DNA of 64,000 nt from an uncultured Caldilineaceae bacterium (GTDB taxonomy: Bacteria > Chloroflexota > Anaerolineae > 4572-78 > J111): NCBI GenBank assembly GCA_964622215.1, contig CAZUNT010000009.1, forward strand, positions 2,081 to 66,080, written 5' to 3'. Positions 1-8,623 of this stretch are shown here, piece after piece. The notes beneath the pieces are model-generated. The model had not been told where the DNA came from and ran no database searches. It saw only the letters and a program-made list of their open reading frames with translations. Made by a program: the position numbers and the translations under genes. How positions within the stretch are numbered: the stretch's first letter is position 1; the number at the start of each line of letters is the position of its first letter.

Positions 1-285
1 GCCCCCCAACACCGAAATCTGGTTACGTTCCCGTTCGTCGACCAGGATAAAAAGGAAAAGTTCCTGTTCGGAAAATTCCTCGATCCTGACCCAGGGCAGG
101 CCATAGCCGGAGGGGCCAATGACCAAATCCAGCGGTTGAGCCGCTTGCAAGGCTTCAACCAGAATTTGGGGATTAGTCCCAATCTCGGCGGAAGGAATGG
201 TCGTGTCCAGAAAAACGTGGCCATTCTCCAGCCCGCAGAGATCGAAGCTCACCGTACCCGGATCGATGCCAATGACTCGCGCCAT
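1..285 (-). CDS. 5' part of an actin/ASKHA-fold ATPase-like protein (DUF1464-like); continues beyond the window start
   Basis: Absent from the ORF track because there is no stop in the window. My translation from the ATG at 285 is MARVIGIDPGTVSFDLCGLENGHVFLD... (95 codons), with an (I/V)GIDPGT phosphate-1 motif. GAAAGGAAGGG lies just upstream. Confidence 0.6.
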   Translation of the reverse strand, partial: MARVIGIDPGTVSFDLCGLENGHVFLDTTIPSAEIGTNPQILVEALQAAQPLDLVIGPSGYGLPWVRIEEFSEQELFLFILVDERERNQISVLGG

Positions 286-318
286 CGTGCCCTTCCTTTC
301 TATGGTCAATAAAAAATA

Positions 319-3300
319 CTAACCTACCACCATCATTTCTTCACCGGCATGTTCGCTCAGGAGTTGGGCTACCTTCTCGGCCAGGTTGCCAGCTTGGCCG
401 TTTTCTCGAACCGCAGCTACTACCTGGTCGGGCAGTTCAGTCACTGCTCTGGCCAAAAGACGGCTCGCTTTATCTCTGGTTCCCTTTTTGCTGGCAGCAT
501 GGTTAAGGGGAAAAGCAAGCAAGTTCATGGCCTGTATCGTCCTGCCCTCTACCATAAGAAGTTTAGCGAACTCGGTTAAAATATCTAAAACTATCGGCAC
601 AGCATGGGTTTCTTGGGTAGCCTGCAGAGCCTCAAGTAAATATTTTTTGGCTTCTTTGTATTCCCCCAGCGTAAAAGCCACCTCCCCTAAAGCATTAAGG
701 GATTGGGTAATTCCTCGTTGGTAGGCCAGTTTCCTGGCAATGGTCAAACTGTCGGTTAACAGACGCCGGGCCTCCGTGTGCTCCCCTAAGAAAAAGGCTG
801 TATGCCCCAAATAGTACGAGGTCATAGCAATGCCTAAGGAGTAATCCATCTCTTTACACGTTTGCAAAACCTCTTGATGAAGTTGTTTGGCTTCAGTGTA
901 CTCGCCCAGATTCCGGGCCACAGTCCCCAGCAAGTTCATGCAAAAGGCGATGCCGCTACGATAACTGAACGCCTTAAAAATATCCAGGCTCTTTTGAGCC
1001 AGGGCTTTAGCCTCGGTATACTCACCCTGGCTGATGGCGATCACGCCCAGGTATTCCAGAGACAAAGCTTCTTCCCACCGATCACCAATCTCCCTGGCTA
1101 GCTGCAAACTCTCCTGGCAGAGCTGCTTGGCCTCTTCATACTCGCCAAGATTATGGGTGGCGATACCGAGCAAGTTGAGAGAAAAGGCGATGCCACTACG
1201 ATAACCGAACTCCCTAAAAACAGCCAGGCATCTTTGAGCTATCACTTTAGCGTCAACATAATCCCCCAAGCTAATGGCAATCATCCCCAAGTATTCAAGA
1301 ACCCAGGCCTGTTTCCACCGATCCCCCGTTTTTTCGGTTATGACCAAACTTTCCCGGCAAAGTTGTTTGGCCTCTACATACTCACCTAAGGCCCAGGCAA
1401 TCGCTCCCAAATAATTGAGGCTCAGGGGCGAACTCTGGCGGATAGCCGCATCTTGAAAAATAACCAGGCCTTCTTGCATAATGAGTCTGGCTTTGTCGTA
1501 GTGTCCCAGGCTGGCGCAGAAGACGCCTTGTCGAGCCAGAACATGCCCCAACATTTTATCTATATTCCGGTCGGAGTTGATCTTTTCTTTTGCTTTCCGT
1601 AGGCTTGTCGCTGCTTGCCTAAAGACTGTCTCGCCTTCTTGAAACCAGCTCTGCATGTTGTGGACTAAAAATAGGCCCTCACGATAGTTTTCAAAATCCT
1701 TTTCTCTCCTGTTGGCAACGGCCCAATGCCATCCGGCTCGGATATTTTCAATTTCCAGGCCGATAGCCTCTAAGGCTTCCTTTTGCTGCCCTCTTTTCAG
1801 ACGGGCTTCTTGGGCCTGCAAAAATTCGGCGTAATAGCTACAGTGCTGATCCTTGACCTTTTTTTTCTCGACGGGATTCTCTGCCAATTTTTCGGCCCCA
1901 TACTGGCGCACAAGCTCATGGATTTCATAACGATCTGCGGTTGTCCGGCGGAGTAAAGATTTGTCCATTAAAGCCGACAGCAGAAAGGCGGAAGCGCCGA
2001 CGACTTGCCCGGCCGACTTTCGGCTAAAGCCGCCCCAAAAAACAGATAATTTTCTAAATACGCTTCGCTCTTCTTCGGAGAGCAGCCCCCAAGAATGTTC
2101 AAACACGGCCTGTACACTGCGGTGCCGGGGGGGGATATTTTGGAGCGCAGCAATCAAAAAGTTGTAGTTTTTTTCAAGCTCGGCCGCAATCTCTTGACAC
2201 GAGAAGGTGCGGGTCCAGGCCGCGGCCAACTCGATCCCCAGGGGGAGACCCTCGACTAACCGGCAAATACGGGCTACCGCAGGTTTTTCCAAAAAACTCA
2301 GCCAAAAATCTGCCCGGGCCTGCTGGGCCCGCTGTAGAAACAACTGGATAGCGCTATAGTTTTCTATCTGCTGCAGGTCCTCACCCTCGGGAAAAGGAAG
2401 TCCTGGCAGGTCGAGCACCCATTCTTCATAGAGGCCCAAACGTTCCCGCGAGGTAACCAATATTTTCAGGTGAGGGGCGCGCTGTAGAATTTCTACCAAT
2501 AAGTTTGCGCCGGTAATTAAATGCTCAAAGTTGTCCATCACCAGGAGCATTTCTTTGGTGTTGAGGTAATTTAGAAGCTGGGCTTTGGGATCGCCCCGAC
2601 CATAGAGCGGAAAATCGAGCGCGTCGGCAATGGTAGAAACGAGAAACTCGGTTGAACTGGTGGAGACCAAAGGAATGAAGCAGACCCCATGGCGAAACCT
2701 GGTGGTGGTTGCAGCGGCCTGGAGGGCCAGGCGGGTTTTACCAATGCCACCCAGACCGATAATCGTCAGGAGCCGGGAGGTTGGATCGGCCAGGTACTTA
2801 TCAATGAGGGCCAGTTCTGTTTCCCGGCCAATAAAAGAGGTGGCTTGAGCGGGTAAATTATTGAAAGGAGCCTCGGCCTGGGCAAGTAGGAAGGTAGGGG
2901 TGGAGGTTTCTGGACTGGTCGAGGCATTTTCTTCCCGGCCAAACTGGCCCGCCCGAATCTGCTCACCCAACTCAACCGTCTCTTTTGAGGGCTTAACCCC
3001 TAACTCGTCGGTCAGAAAGCGGCAACAAATTTCATATTGAGCCAGGGCCGCGCTGCGCTGCCCGCTTTGGACCAGCAGTAGCATTTTTTGCCGATGGCCT
3101 TCTTCATCACCCGGATCGATGGCCAACAGGCGAGAGATGAATTGGAGGGCCTGTTCCCGTTCATTTTGCCTCGTATAATGAGCCGCCAGGTCTCGTAATA
3201 CTTGCGTCACCCGCCGGCTCCAGCTTGCTTGCTCTAGCCCCAGCCACTGTTCAAACTCGGGGCAATCGTCCAGATACATGCCGGCCATAAATTCACCCCG

Positions 3301-3666
3301 ATACAGGTCGGCGGCCATCATCAAAGAGCTAACTTCACCCCTGGCGACCAGTTCATTGAACACTTTTATGTCCAACCAGGTGGAAGTAGAATAACAAAAC
3401 TGGACCGTATGGCGATTAGCCTCGCAGCAGCCCGGCCACAGGGTTGAAATGTTGTGCAGGGCCTGGCTCAGGTTGTTTCGGCTCCGATCTCCGGCTAAAT
3501 CGGGCCAGAAGAGATCCGCCAGGGTGTCGCGGGAGACGGGTTGGCCCTGGCTGGCCAGGTAGCCAAGCAGAGCCAGGGTTTTACGGGACTTAAAGCCCTG
3601 TAATGGTTCGCCGTTCTGTTCCACCTGGGCAGAACCTAACAACCGGAAACGGAAAAGATGCACCAT
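319..3666 (-). CDS. SARP/BTAD - NB-ARC (STAND) - TPR transcriptional regulator (AfsR-like)
   Basis: N-terminal OmpR/SARP winged helix (KSRKTLALLGYLAS..VSRDTLADLFWPD), a BTAD region, P-loop GLGGIGKTRLA, and many LGEYxEAKQL-type TPRs. Start moved to MVHLF (ATG at 3666) behind a GGGGGGAAG SD. Confidence 0.85.
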   Translation of the reverse strand: MVHLFRFRLLGSAQVEQNGEPLQGFKSRKTLALLGYLASQGQPVSRDTLADLFWPDLAGDRSRNNLSQALHNISTLWPGCCEANRHTVQFCYSTSTWLDIKVFNELVARGEVSSLMMAADLYRGEFMAGMYLDDCPEFEQWLGLEQASWSRRVTQVLRDLAAHYTRQNEREQALQFISRLLAIDPGDEEGHRQKMLLLVQSGQRSAALAQYEICCRFLTDELGVKPSKETVELGEQIRAGQFGREENASTSPETSTPTFLLAQAEAPFNNLPAQATSFIGRETELALIDKYLADPTSRLLTIIGLGGIGKTRLALQAAATTTRFRHGVCFIPLVSTSSTEFLVSTIADALDFPLYGRGDPKAQLLNYLNTKEMLLVMDNFEHLITGANLLVEILQRAPHLKILVTSRERLGLYEEWVLDLPGLPFPEGEDLQQIENYSAIQLFLQRAQQARADFWLSFLEKPAVARICRLVEGLPLGIELAAAWTRTFSCQEIAAELEKNYNFLIAALQNIPPRHRSVQAVFEHSWGLLSEEERSVFRKLSVFWGGFSRKSAGQVVGASAFLLSALMDKSLLRRTTADRYEIHELVRQYGAEKLAENPVEKKKVKDQHCSYYAEFLQAQEARLKRGQQKEALEAIGLEIENIRAGWHWAVANRREKDFENYREGLFLVHNMQSWFQEGETVFRQAATSLRKAKEKINSDRNIDKMLGHVLARQGVFCASLGHYDKARLIMQEGLVIFQDAAIRQSSPLSLNYLGAIAWALGEYVEAKQLCRESLVITEKTGDRWKQAWVLEYLGMIAISLGDYVDAKVIAQRCLAVFREFGYRSGIAFSLNLLGIATHNLGEYEEAKQLCQESLQLAREIGDRWEEALSLEYLGVIAISQGEYTEAKALAQKSLDIFKAFSYRSGIAFCMNLLGTVARNLGEYTEAKQLHQEVLQTCKEMDYSLGIAMTSYYLGHTAFFLGEHTEARRLLTDSLTIARKLAYQRGITQSLNALGEVAFTLGEYKEAKKYLLEALQATQETHAVPIVLDILTEFAKLLMVEGRTIQAMNLLAFPLNHAASKKGTRDKASRLLARAVTELPDQVVAAVRENGQAGNLAEKVAQLLSEHAGEEMMVVG

Positions 3667-3681
3667 CGATCTTCCCCCCAA

Positions 3682-4043
3682 ATTGCAATGCTCTTGGTAA
3701 TGCCTAAAAAGGGATTGGAAACAGTTTGGAAATGATTTAGAAAGACTAAAGGTTTATAATCTTATAACCGTAGAGATTGTAATTTTAGCACAGACAACCA
3801 ATATAGAAAACTTTTGTTAATAAAATGCAAGGGTTTATTTAGTGTTGTCAGCCAATCTCGAACAGCCTGCTTCGCTTCAGTAACTCTCCACAACTAATCA
3901 AGACAGTAGAAAGGAGGTGAGTCATTTAGCCAAATGGTGTTTTGGTAATCCTCAGTGTCTCTCAGCGTAAGTTGGTTGAGGTAAAGAGGCCTCTAAACAT
4001 TCTTAAAAAGATTGTTTTCAATGAAGAAAAGGAGAATTAAATA
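3682..4043. promoter_or_regulatory. AT-rich divergent intergenic region between the SARP regulator and the 513-aa gene
   Basis: 360 bp, markedly AT-rich. TATAAT at 3755-3760 plus further -10-like boxes. AAGGAG SD at 4029-4034, 9 nt upstream of the ATG at 4044. Confidence 0.3.
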
Positions 4044-5585
4044 ATGTCAAAAGCTATCCATGAGGCTATGGTCAAGCAAGCCATGGCGGCGCTCAAGGCC
4101 GATGTAAACAACATCAAAGCCAAGCGGGGTACGGAATTTAAGATCACCGATGCCCAACCCTATGTTGACGCCGTTAATGGCATGAAGGCCGTTGACAATG
4201 AATTACCGGAAGTTATTGCCCTCCATGTCGACTCGGTCAACGCCCACTATGAAATCCTCAAGTCGCTGACCAAAACGGTGCGGCCTGAGGATGATCCCTT
4301 TGTCGAGCATTACCAGACCGGCCCGATTATGGAAATCCTCTATGAAGAGCAACCGGATTTCAAAGCCTCGGTCAAAAAGTTTATTGACGCCATTCCCAAG
4401 AACCGCGCCCTGGTTGGCCGCGAAGCCGCCCGGCTCTATGGCGGGCTGTATGGCCCAACCTGCGTGGTCGACTTTACCCTCAGCCCCGGCTCCACCGCCA
4501 ACGTCGTCAACCGGATTTTGCAGGGGTTAGATATTCCCAAAGATCACAAAAAGACTATTCTGGCGGCCAAATCCTTTGGTATGACCACCTCCTACGGCCT
4601 GGGCGCAGCCTTCAAAGGCTCGGTAGAAAGTGGCAAAACACTCGATCAGGCCCTCGACGACGAAATTGCCACCCTGCAGATGATCTATGATACCCCCTCT
4701 GAGGCCCAAACCAAGATTATGCTGGGCCACAACCTGGGCGGGCATGGCGGCCACAATTCCTTCGATACGGCCGAATACCAGAAGCAATACAAAGCGCGCA
4801 TGAAGCCGACCGTCAAGGCGGCCCTGGCCAAAGGCGTGCATCCGGGCAATGTCGTCTGCGTTCCGGCCTATTGTGTGGGTGACGTGGCTCACCACAACAG
4901 CCAGACCATGTTCAACTTTGCTCAAGACCCCATTGTCATGGCTATTTTTGAGGCTCACACCGAAGCCCTCGAAAGCACCCTGAAGCGCGGCCTGGATCAG
5001 GGCTTCAAGAATGAGTACGGGGTGGTCGGGCTGGCGGTTGGCACGAGTGCGGCCTTGATGGCCTATGAATTCCTGCTGGATTACATGCCGATCCCCAGCA
5101 TCATCGAGCTGCTGGTCAACCGCTTCCACAACATGGTGGCCATGAACCCCAACCGCGACTCGGCGGCCGAGCTGCACAACGTGGACCTGATGATGTCCAT
5201 CTGGCGCGGCTGGAACATCCTCAAACCCAAGCCGCTGGGCGGCGGCGGCGAAATTGACGGGGTCAAGATTGATCTCGGCCCGGTTGACAAGCACGACGTG
5301 CTGGCCAATATCCATCGCTACACCTATCCGCCCTGCGCCATCACCCAACGCGTGGGCACCATGCTCAAGTTCGCCGACTTCCCCTGCTTGCTGACCAGCG
5401 AGCCGGTCACGGCGACCCTGCTGACCCACGTCGTGGCCCAGCATCCCGAGTCGGCCTCCTTCCCGCTGCGCATTGATAAGGATTGGGGCGCGACCGAGTA
5501 CCGTTTCATCAATACCGGCCTGGGTGTCAAAGGCTTTGGCGCTGACCCCGTGGTTGGGTACGAGCAACGCGCTGCGAGCGTCTAA
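4044..5585 (+). CDS. Conserved-looking hypothetical protein (513 aa), family not recognised
   Basis: Long ORF in the native GC context with a strong SD. Soluble-looking, with no P-loop, Cys cluster or TM segment. Motifs GGHGGHNSFD and GGGGEIDG. First gene of the C1 block. Confidence 0.8.
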   Translation: MSKAIHEAMVKQAMAALKADVNNIKAKRGTEFKITDAQPYVDAVNGMKAVDNELPEVIALHVDSVNAHYEILKSLTKTVRPEDDPFVEHYQTGPIMEILYEEQPDFKASVKKFIDAIPKNRALVGREAARLYGGLYGPTCVVDFTLSPGSTANVVNRILQGLDIPKDHKKTILAAKSFGMTTSYGLGAAFKGSVESGKTLDQALDDEIATLQMIYDTPSEAQTKIMLGHNLGGHGGHNSFDTAEYQKQYKARMKPTVKAALAKGVHPGNVVCVPAYCVGDVAHHNSQTMFNFAQDPIVMAIFEAHTEALESTLKRGLDQGFKNEYGVVGLAVGTSAALMAYEFLLDYMPIPSIIELLVNRFHNMVAMNPNRDSAAELHNVDLMMSIWRGWNILKPKPLGGGGEIDGVKIDLGPVDKHDVLANIHRYTYPPCAITQRVGTMLKFADFPCLLTSEPVTATLLTHVVAQHPESASFPLRIDKDWGATEYRFINTGLGVKGFGADPVVGYEQRAASV

Positions 5586-5613
5586 GTAGCGTTCAGAAAT
5601 AACTTTTCGTTTC

Positions 5614-5646
5614 AGACCCTAAAGGCCTCCGAGACCTTTAGGGTCT
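5614..5646 (+). terminator. Intercistronic stem-loop (possible attenuator or mRNA stability element)
   Basis: Perfect 12-bp stem AGACCCTAAAGG/CCTTTAGGGTCT with a 9-nt loop, between the 513-aa gene and mtd. The U tract is weak. Confidence 0.3.
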
Positions 5647-5673
5647 TAGTTATGACCCAAAAAGGCGGTGCTC

Positions 5674-6531
5674 ATGAAAAAACTCTTAATCCAACTGGAC
5701 AGCGATAAACACCCCAGCTCCTTTGACCGCATCGTGCCCTACGACGCGGACGTTGACGATGTGCTCAGCTATGGTAATGTGACCGTTGAAGATGTGCCGG
5801 CGCTGGTACAGGGGGGCTTTTTCACCCGCGGCGTGCCCGACTTAAAACATACCGCGATTTGGATCGGCGGTTCTCACGTGCCAACCGGTGAGGCCCTGCT
5901 GGCAGCCGTTCGAAAATCCTTCTTTGGCCCCTTTAAACTTTCGGTGATGCTCGATTCTAACGGTTGTAACACCACTGCGGCTACGGCGGTGGCCAAGATT
6001 GTCAAGGCTCTGGATATACGCGACCAGCGGGTCGTGGTAGGAGCCGGCACCGGGCCGGTTGGGATGCGGGCGGCCGGGTTGTTGGCCGGCGAGGGCGCTA
6101 AAGTCACGCTCACCTCCCGCGCCCTGGAACGGGCCCAGGCTGCTGCCGCAACCGTCAGCGAACGTTTTGGGGTAAAGGTGGAGGGGGCAGTGCTGGCCGA
6201 CGACGCTTCGGCCCGCCAGACCCTGGAGGGCGCAGTCGCCCTGTTTACCTGCGGGACCGCAGGCGCGCAGCTAGTCAGCCAGGCCGTCTGGACCGGCATC
6301 TCCAGCCTGAAGCTGATTGCCGATATCAATGCCGTGCCGCCGCTGGGCATCGAAGGGATTGATATGAACGATAATGGGAAGGAGCGGGAAGGCCGTATTT
6401 CCTTTGGGGCGCTTGGCATCGGCGGGCGTAAAATGAAGGTGCATCGCACCTGCATCGCCAGGCTGTTTGAAGCCAACGATATTATCATGGACGCCGAGTT
6501 GGTTTATAAAGTGGCCAAGGAGTTGGTGTGA
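5674..6531 (+). CDS. mtdA: NAD(P)-dependent methylene-tetrahydromethanopterin dehydrogenase (MtdA/MtdC type)
   Basis: Collinear with my memory of M. extorquens MtdA: MKKLLIQLDSD.., FFGPFKLSVMLDSNGCNTTAATAVA, GTGPVGMRAAGLLAGEGA, FGALGIGGRKMKVHRTCIARLFE. Start set to the ATG at 5674. Confidence 0.9.
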   Translation: MKKLLIQLDSDKHPSSFDRIVPYDADVDDVLSYGNVTVEDVPALVQGGFFTRGVPDLKHTAIWIGGSHVPTGEALLAAVRKSFFGPFKLSVMLDSNGCNTTAATAVAKIVKALDIRDQRVVVGAGTGPVGMRAAGLLAGEGAKVTLTSRALERAQAAAATVSERFGVKVEGAVLADDASARQTLEGAVALFTCGTAGAQLVSQAVWTGISSLKLIADINAVPPLGIEGIDMNDNGKEREGRISFGALGIGGRKMKVHRTCIARLFEANDIIMDAELVYKVAKELV

Positions 6532-6554
6532 GGGAGACGCCCCGCAATTTTAGA

Positions 6555-6594
6555 AGACCTGACGAACCGGCCACGCCGCCCGTTCGTCAGGTCT
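6555..6594 (+). terminator. Intercistronic stem-loop
   Basis: Perfect 13-bp stem AGACCTGACGAAC/GTTCGTCAGGTCT with a 14-nt loop, between mtd and the ATP-grasp gene. No clear U tract. Confidence 0.3.
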
Positions 6595-6605
6595 AATTAG
6601 CGGCG

Positions 6606-7754
6606 ATGAACAGCCAGGTACAGCCCATTTTACTGGCCGGATTAACCGTGCGCATGCTGGCCGAACTGGCCGTGCAGGCGGGTTACGAGGTGACAGCGCT
6701 GGATTATTTTGGCGACTTCGACCTGCAGGCGCTCTGCCCCGTCCGTTCACTGCTGCGAGATTACGGCCAGGCTTACGACGTGCCGGCCCTGGTCAATGCC
6801 GCCGGCGACATGGCTGCGCCGGCCGTAGTTTACAGCGCCAACCTGGAGAATTTCCCTGAAGCCGTAGCCCGCTTGGCCCAGGGGCGACAACTCCTCGGCA
6901 ATACCCCGGAGACGCTGGAACAGGTGCGCAATCCGCTTCGTTTGGCCGCCGCTTTGCGGGCCGGAGGCTTTGCTTTTCCCGAAACCTTCATCTCCACAGC
7001 CGGCCTTGCCCCCGACGCGGCCCGGCGCTGGCTGTGGAAACCACTCTCCAGCGGCGGTGGGCATGGTGTTCGACTCTGGCGTAATGGGCGCTCGCCGGAG
7101 GGGGGCGTGTTCCAGGAGCGCCTGGGGGGGATGGTCGGCTCGGCCTCGTTTGTGGCTGATGGCCGGCAGGCGGTTTTGCTGGGGTTGACCGAACAACTGG
7201 TGGGGCAACCTGCCTTTGGCGCTGCCGGATTTAACTATTGCGGCAATCTTGTCCCTCCTTCCATCCCGCCGGACGAACTGGCTGCCTTGCTCCGGGAGGT
7301 ACGGGCTATTGGGTCGCACCTGACCGAGATTTTTGGACTGCGCGGCCTCAACGGGGTGGATTTCATCTGGCAGGCCGGGCGCGCCTGGACCATCGAGGTC
7401 AATCCCCGGCCGTCGGCCTCGCTGGAGTTACTTGACTTGGCCTACGGGCTGCGCGTGTTCGATGCTCATGTGCGTTCGTTTAGCGACCAGTTGCCAGATT
7501 TTGACCTGGAACAAGCCCTGGTCGGTGGCGCGGCGGCAGGCAAGGCGATTGTGTATGCGCCGTATGATCTGAATGTGGGCGATACCGGCGACTGGGCTGC
7601 CCGAGGTATCCGTGATATTCCTCACCCCGGAGAGCAGATCAGCCGCCAGCAGCCGGTCTGTACCATTCTGACCACTGCCGCCTCACCCCTGGCTTGCCTG
7701 CGCCAGCTTCAAGCGCAGGCAGCCGAAATAAAGAGATGGTTCAAACGAGTGTGA
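6606..7754 (+). CDS. ATP-grasp enzyme of the H4MPT/MFR-linked set (Orf5/COG2232-like)
   Basis: 382 aa with ATP-grasp-like layout (WLWKPLSSGGGHGV, GLNGVDFI..IEVNPRP). Positioned in the C1 cluster. Confidence 0.7.
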   Translation: MNSQVQPILLAGLTVRMLAELAVQAGYEVTALDYFGDFDLQALCPVRSLLRDYGQAYDVPALVNAAGDMAAPAVVYSANLENFPEAVARLAQGRQLLGNTPETLEQVRNPLRLAAALRAGGFAFPETFISTAGLAPDAARRWLWKPLSSGGGHGVRLWRNGRSPEGGVFQERLGGMVGSASFVADGRQAVLLGLTEQLVGQPAFGAAGFNYCGNLVPPSIPPDELAALLREVRAIGSHLTEIFGLRGLNGVDFIWQAGRAWTIEVNPRPSASLELLDLAYGLRVFDAHVRSFSDQLPDFDLEQALVGGAAAGKAIVYAPYDLNVGDTGDWAARGIRDIPHPGEQISRQQPVCTILTTAASPLACLRQLQAQAAEIKRWFKRV

Positions 7755-7772
7755 CTATAATTTGACGATTTT

Positions 7773-7914
7773 GTTACTACTCAGGCTACCCCAAATTGAG
7801 TATTCCTGACCGCAGACCGCAGACTGCCGACCGCCATAATTCGCCCTGTACCCTGTCTTTTCGGCGGTCAGCGGTCAGCCGTCGGCGGTCGTGGGGGTAG
7901 GGCTGAGTAGTTAC
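7773..7914. mobile_element. MITE-like element, family A, with 8-bp target-site duplication
   Basis: Imperfect TIRs GTTACTACTCAG / CTGAGTAGTTAC. Arms are built of CCGACCG-type heptamers. Flanked by direct repeats ACGATTTT at 7765-7772 and 7915-7922. Confidence 0.65.
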
Positions 7915-7942
7915 ACGATTTTTACTTCTGGGGCTGTTTTTT

Positions 7943-7971
7943 TTGGTTTTTATCAATATAGCGTTTATAAT
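7943..7971 (+). promoter_or_regulatory. Candidate sigma70-type promoter for fwdD
   Basis: TTGGTT (7943-7948), 17-nt spacer, TATAAT (7966-7971), in an AT-rich stretch. Confidence 0.35.
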
Positions 7972-8038
7972 TTTTAATAATAAATATCACCCACCCGCAG
8001 AGTATACAATCAATCAATTCATAGCCATCGCTCACAGA

Positions 8039-8114
8039 CACCCGGTTTTTCACTTGAGGGATCGTCTCTTTGCCCAGAGAAGTGCTATGAGACCCGAAAA
8101 ACTGGGTGTTTTTT
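8039..8114 (+). terminator. Terminator-like structure inside the fwdD leader (possible attenuator or riboswitch expression platform)
   Basis: CACCCGGTTTTT (8039-8050) pairs with AAAAACTGGGTG (8097-8108) and is followed by TTTTTT (8109-8114). The SD AAGGAGG at 8120-8126 and the ATG at 8133 lie downstream. Confidence 0.3.
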
Positions 8115-8132
8115 GTTGCAAGGAGGTAAGCT

Positions 8133-8474
8133 ATGGCCGAAACAATGACCCTGATTGCCGGTCGCTCAAGCAAGCAGGGTGCCAGTCTGAATGTCAGCAA
8201 ACTGGAAGGCGAGTACGCTGAGATTACGACCACCGTGGAAATGAATGTCGACGATATGGCTCGCCTGGGGCTAAAAGAGGGCGACAGCGTGCGGTTGTGT
8301 TCGGCTACGGGCGAGACGATCGTCCGTTGCAAAGGACGCAAGGCCGAGGATTTACCCGCCGGAGTATTATTCCTGGCCTATGGCCCCGCGTCGAGTCAAC
8401 TGATGAGCAGCGACACCGCCGGTACCGGTATGCCGATTTCGAAGAACCTGGATGTCGAAGTTGAGCCGCTTTAA
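8133..8474 (+). CDS. fwdD: Formylmethanofuran dehydrogenase subunit D (molybdopterin dinucleotide-binding beta-barrel)
   Basis: 113 aa, LIAGRSSKQG...VEMNVDDMARLGLKEGDSVRL...GVLFLAYGP. Typical FwdD/FmdD size and motifs. Confidence 0.8.
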   Translation: MAETMTLIAGRSSKQGASLNVSKLEGEYAEITTTVEMNVDDMARLGLKEGDSVRLCSATGETIVRCKGRKAEDLPAGVLFLAYGPASSQLMSSDTAGTGMPISKNLDVEVEPL

Positions 8475-8482
8475 AAAACGTA

Positions 8483-8602
8483 GGATAAGCTAACAGTTTG
8501 CCTTACTTACTAATCTTACGCAGGAGTCCAGACTTTAGTCTGGGAAAACCCGAATAAATTCGGGACTCCTACTAGAGAAACTGTGTAACGTGAGTTACTT
8601 AT
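8483..8602. repeat. Multi-hairpin repeat related to the core of the MITE at 18087-18206
   Basis: AGGAGTCC..hairpin CCAGACTTTAGTCTGG..hairpin CCCGAATAAATTCGGG..GGACTCCT. The core is collinear with GGAGTGC...GCGGAATGAATTCCGC..GCACTCC at 18122-18184. Confidence 0.45.
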
Positions 8603-8623
8603 AAATTTTGGAGGATAAACCTG

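Noticed and set aside
4527-5567. A 346-aa ORF on the - strand inside the 513-aa gene (plus several shorter ones).
   Set aside because: It is an antisense shadow ORF typical of GC-rich coding DNA. Its composition is low-complexity and rich in Arg/Gly/Ala, it has no SD, and it is fully contained in a better-supported gene.
7972-8132. A Moco/Wco riboswitch in the fwdD leader.
   Set aside because: I cannot recognise the conserved Moco-motif core by eye. Only the generic terminator-like structure is reported.
7922-8341. A 139-aa - strand ORF and a 92-aa + strand ORF across the fwdD upstream region.
   Set aside because: They span an AT-rich promoter/leader region and overlap fwdD. I recognised no motif in them, and the composition changes abruptly inside them.
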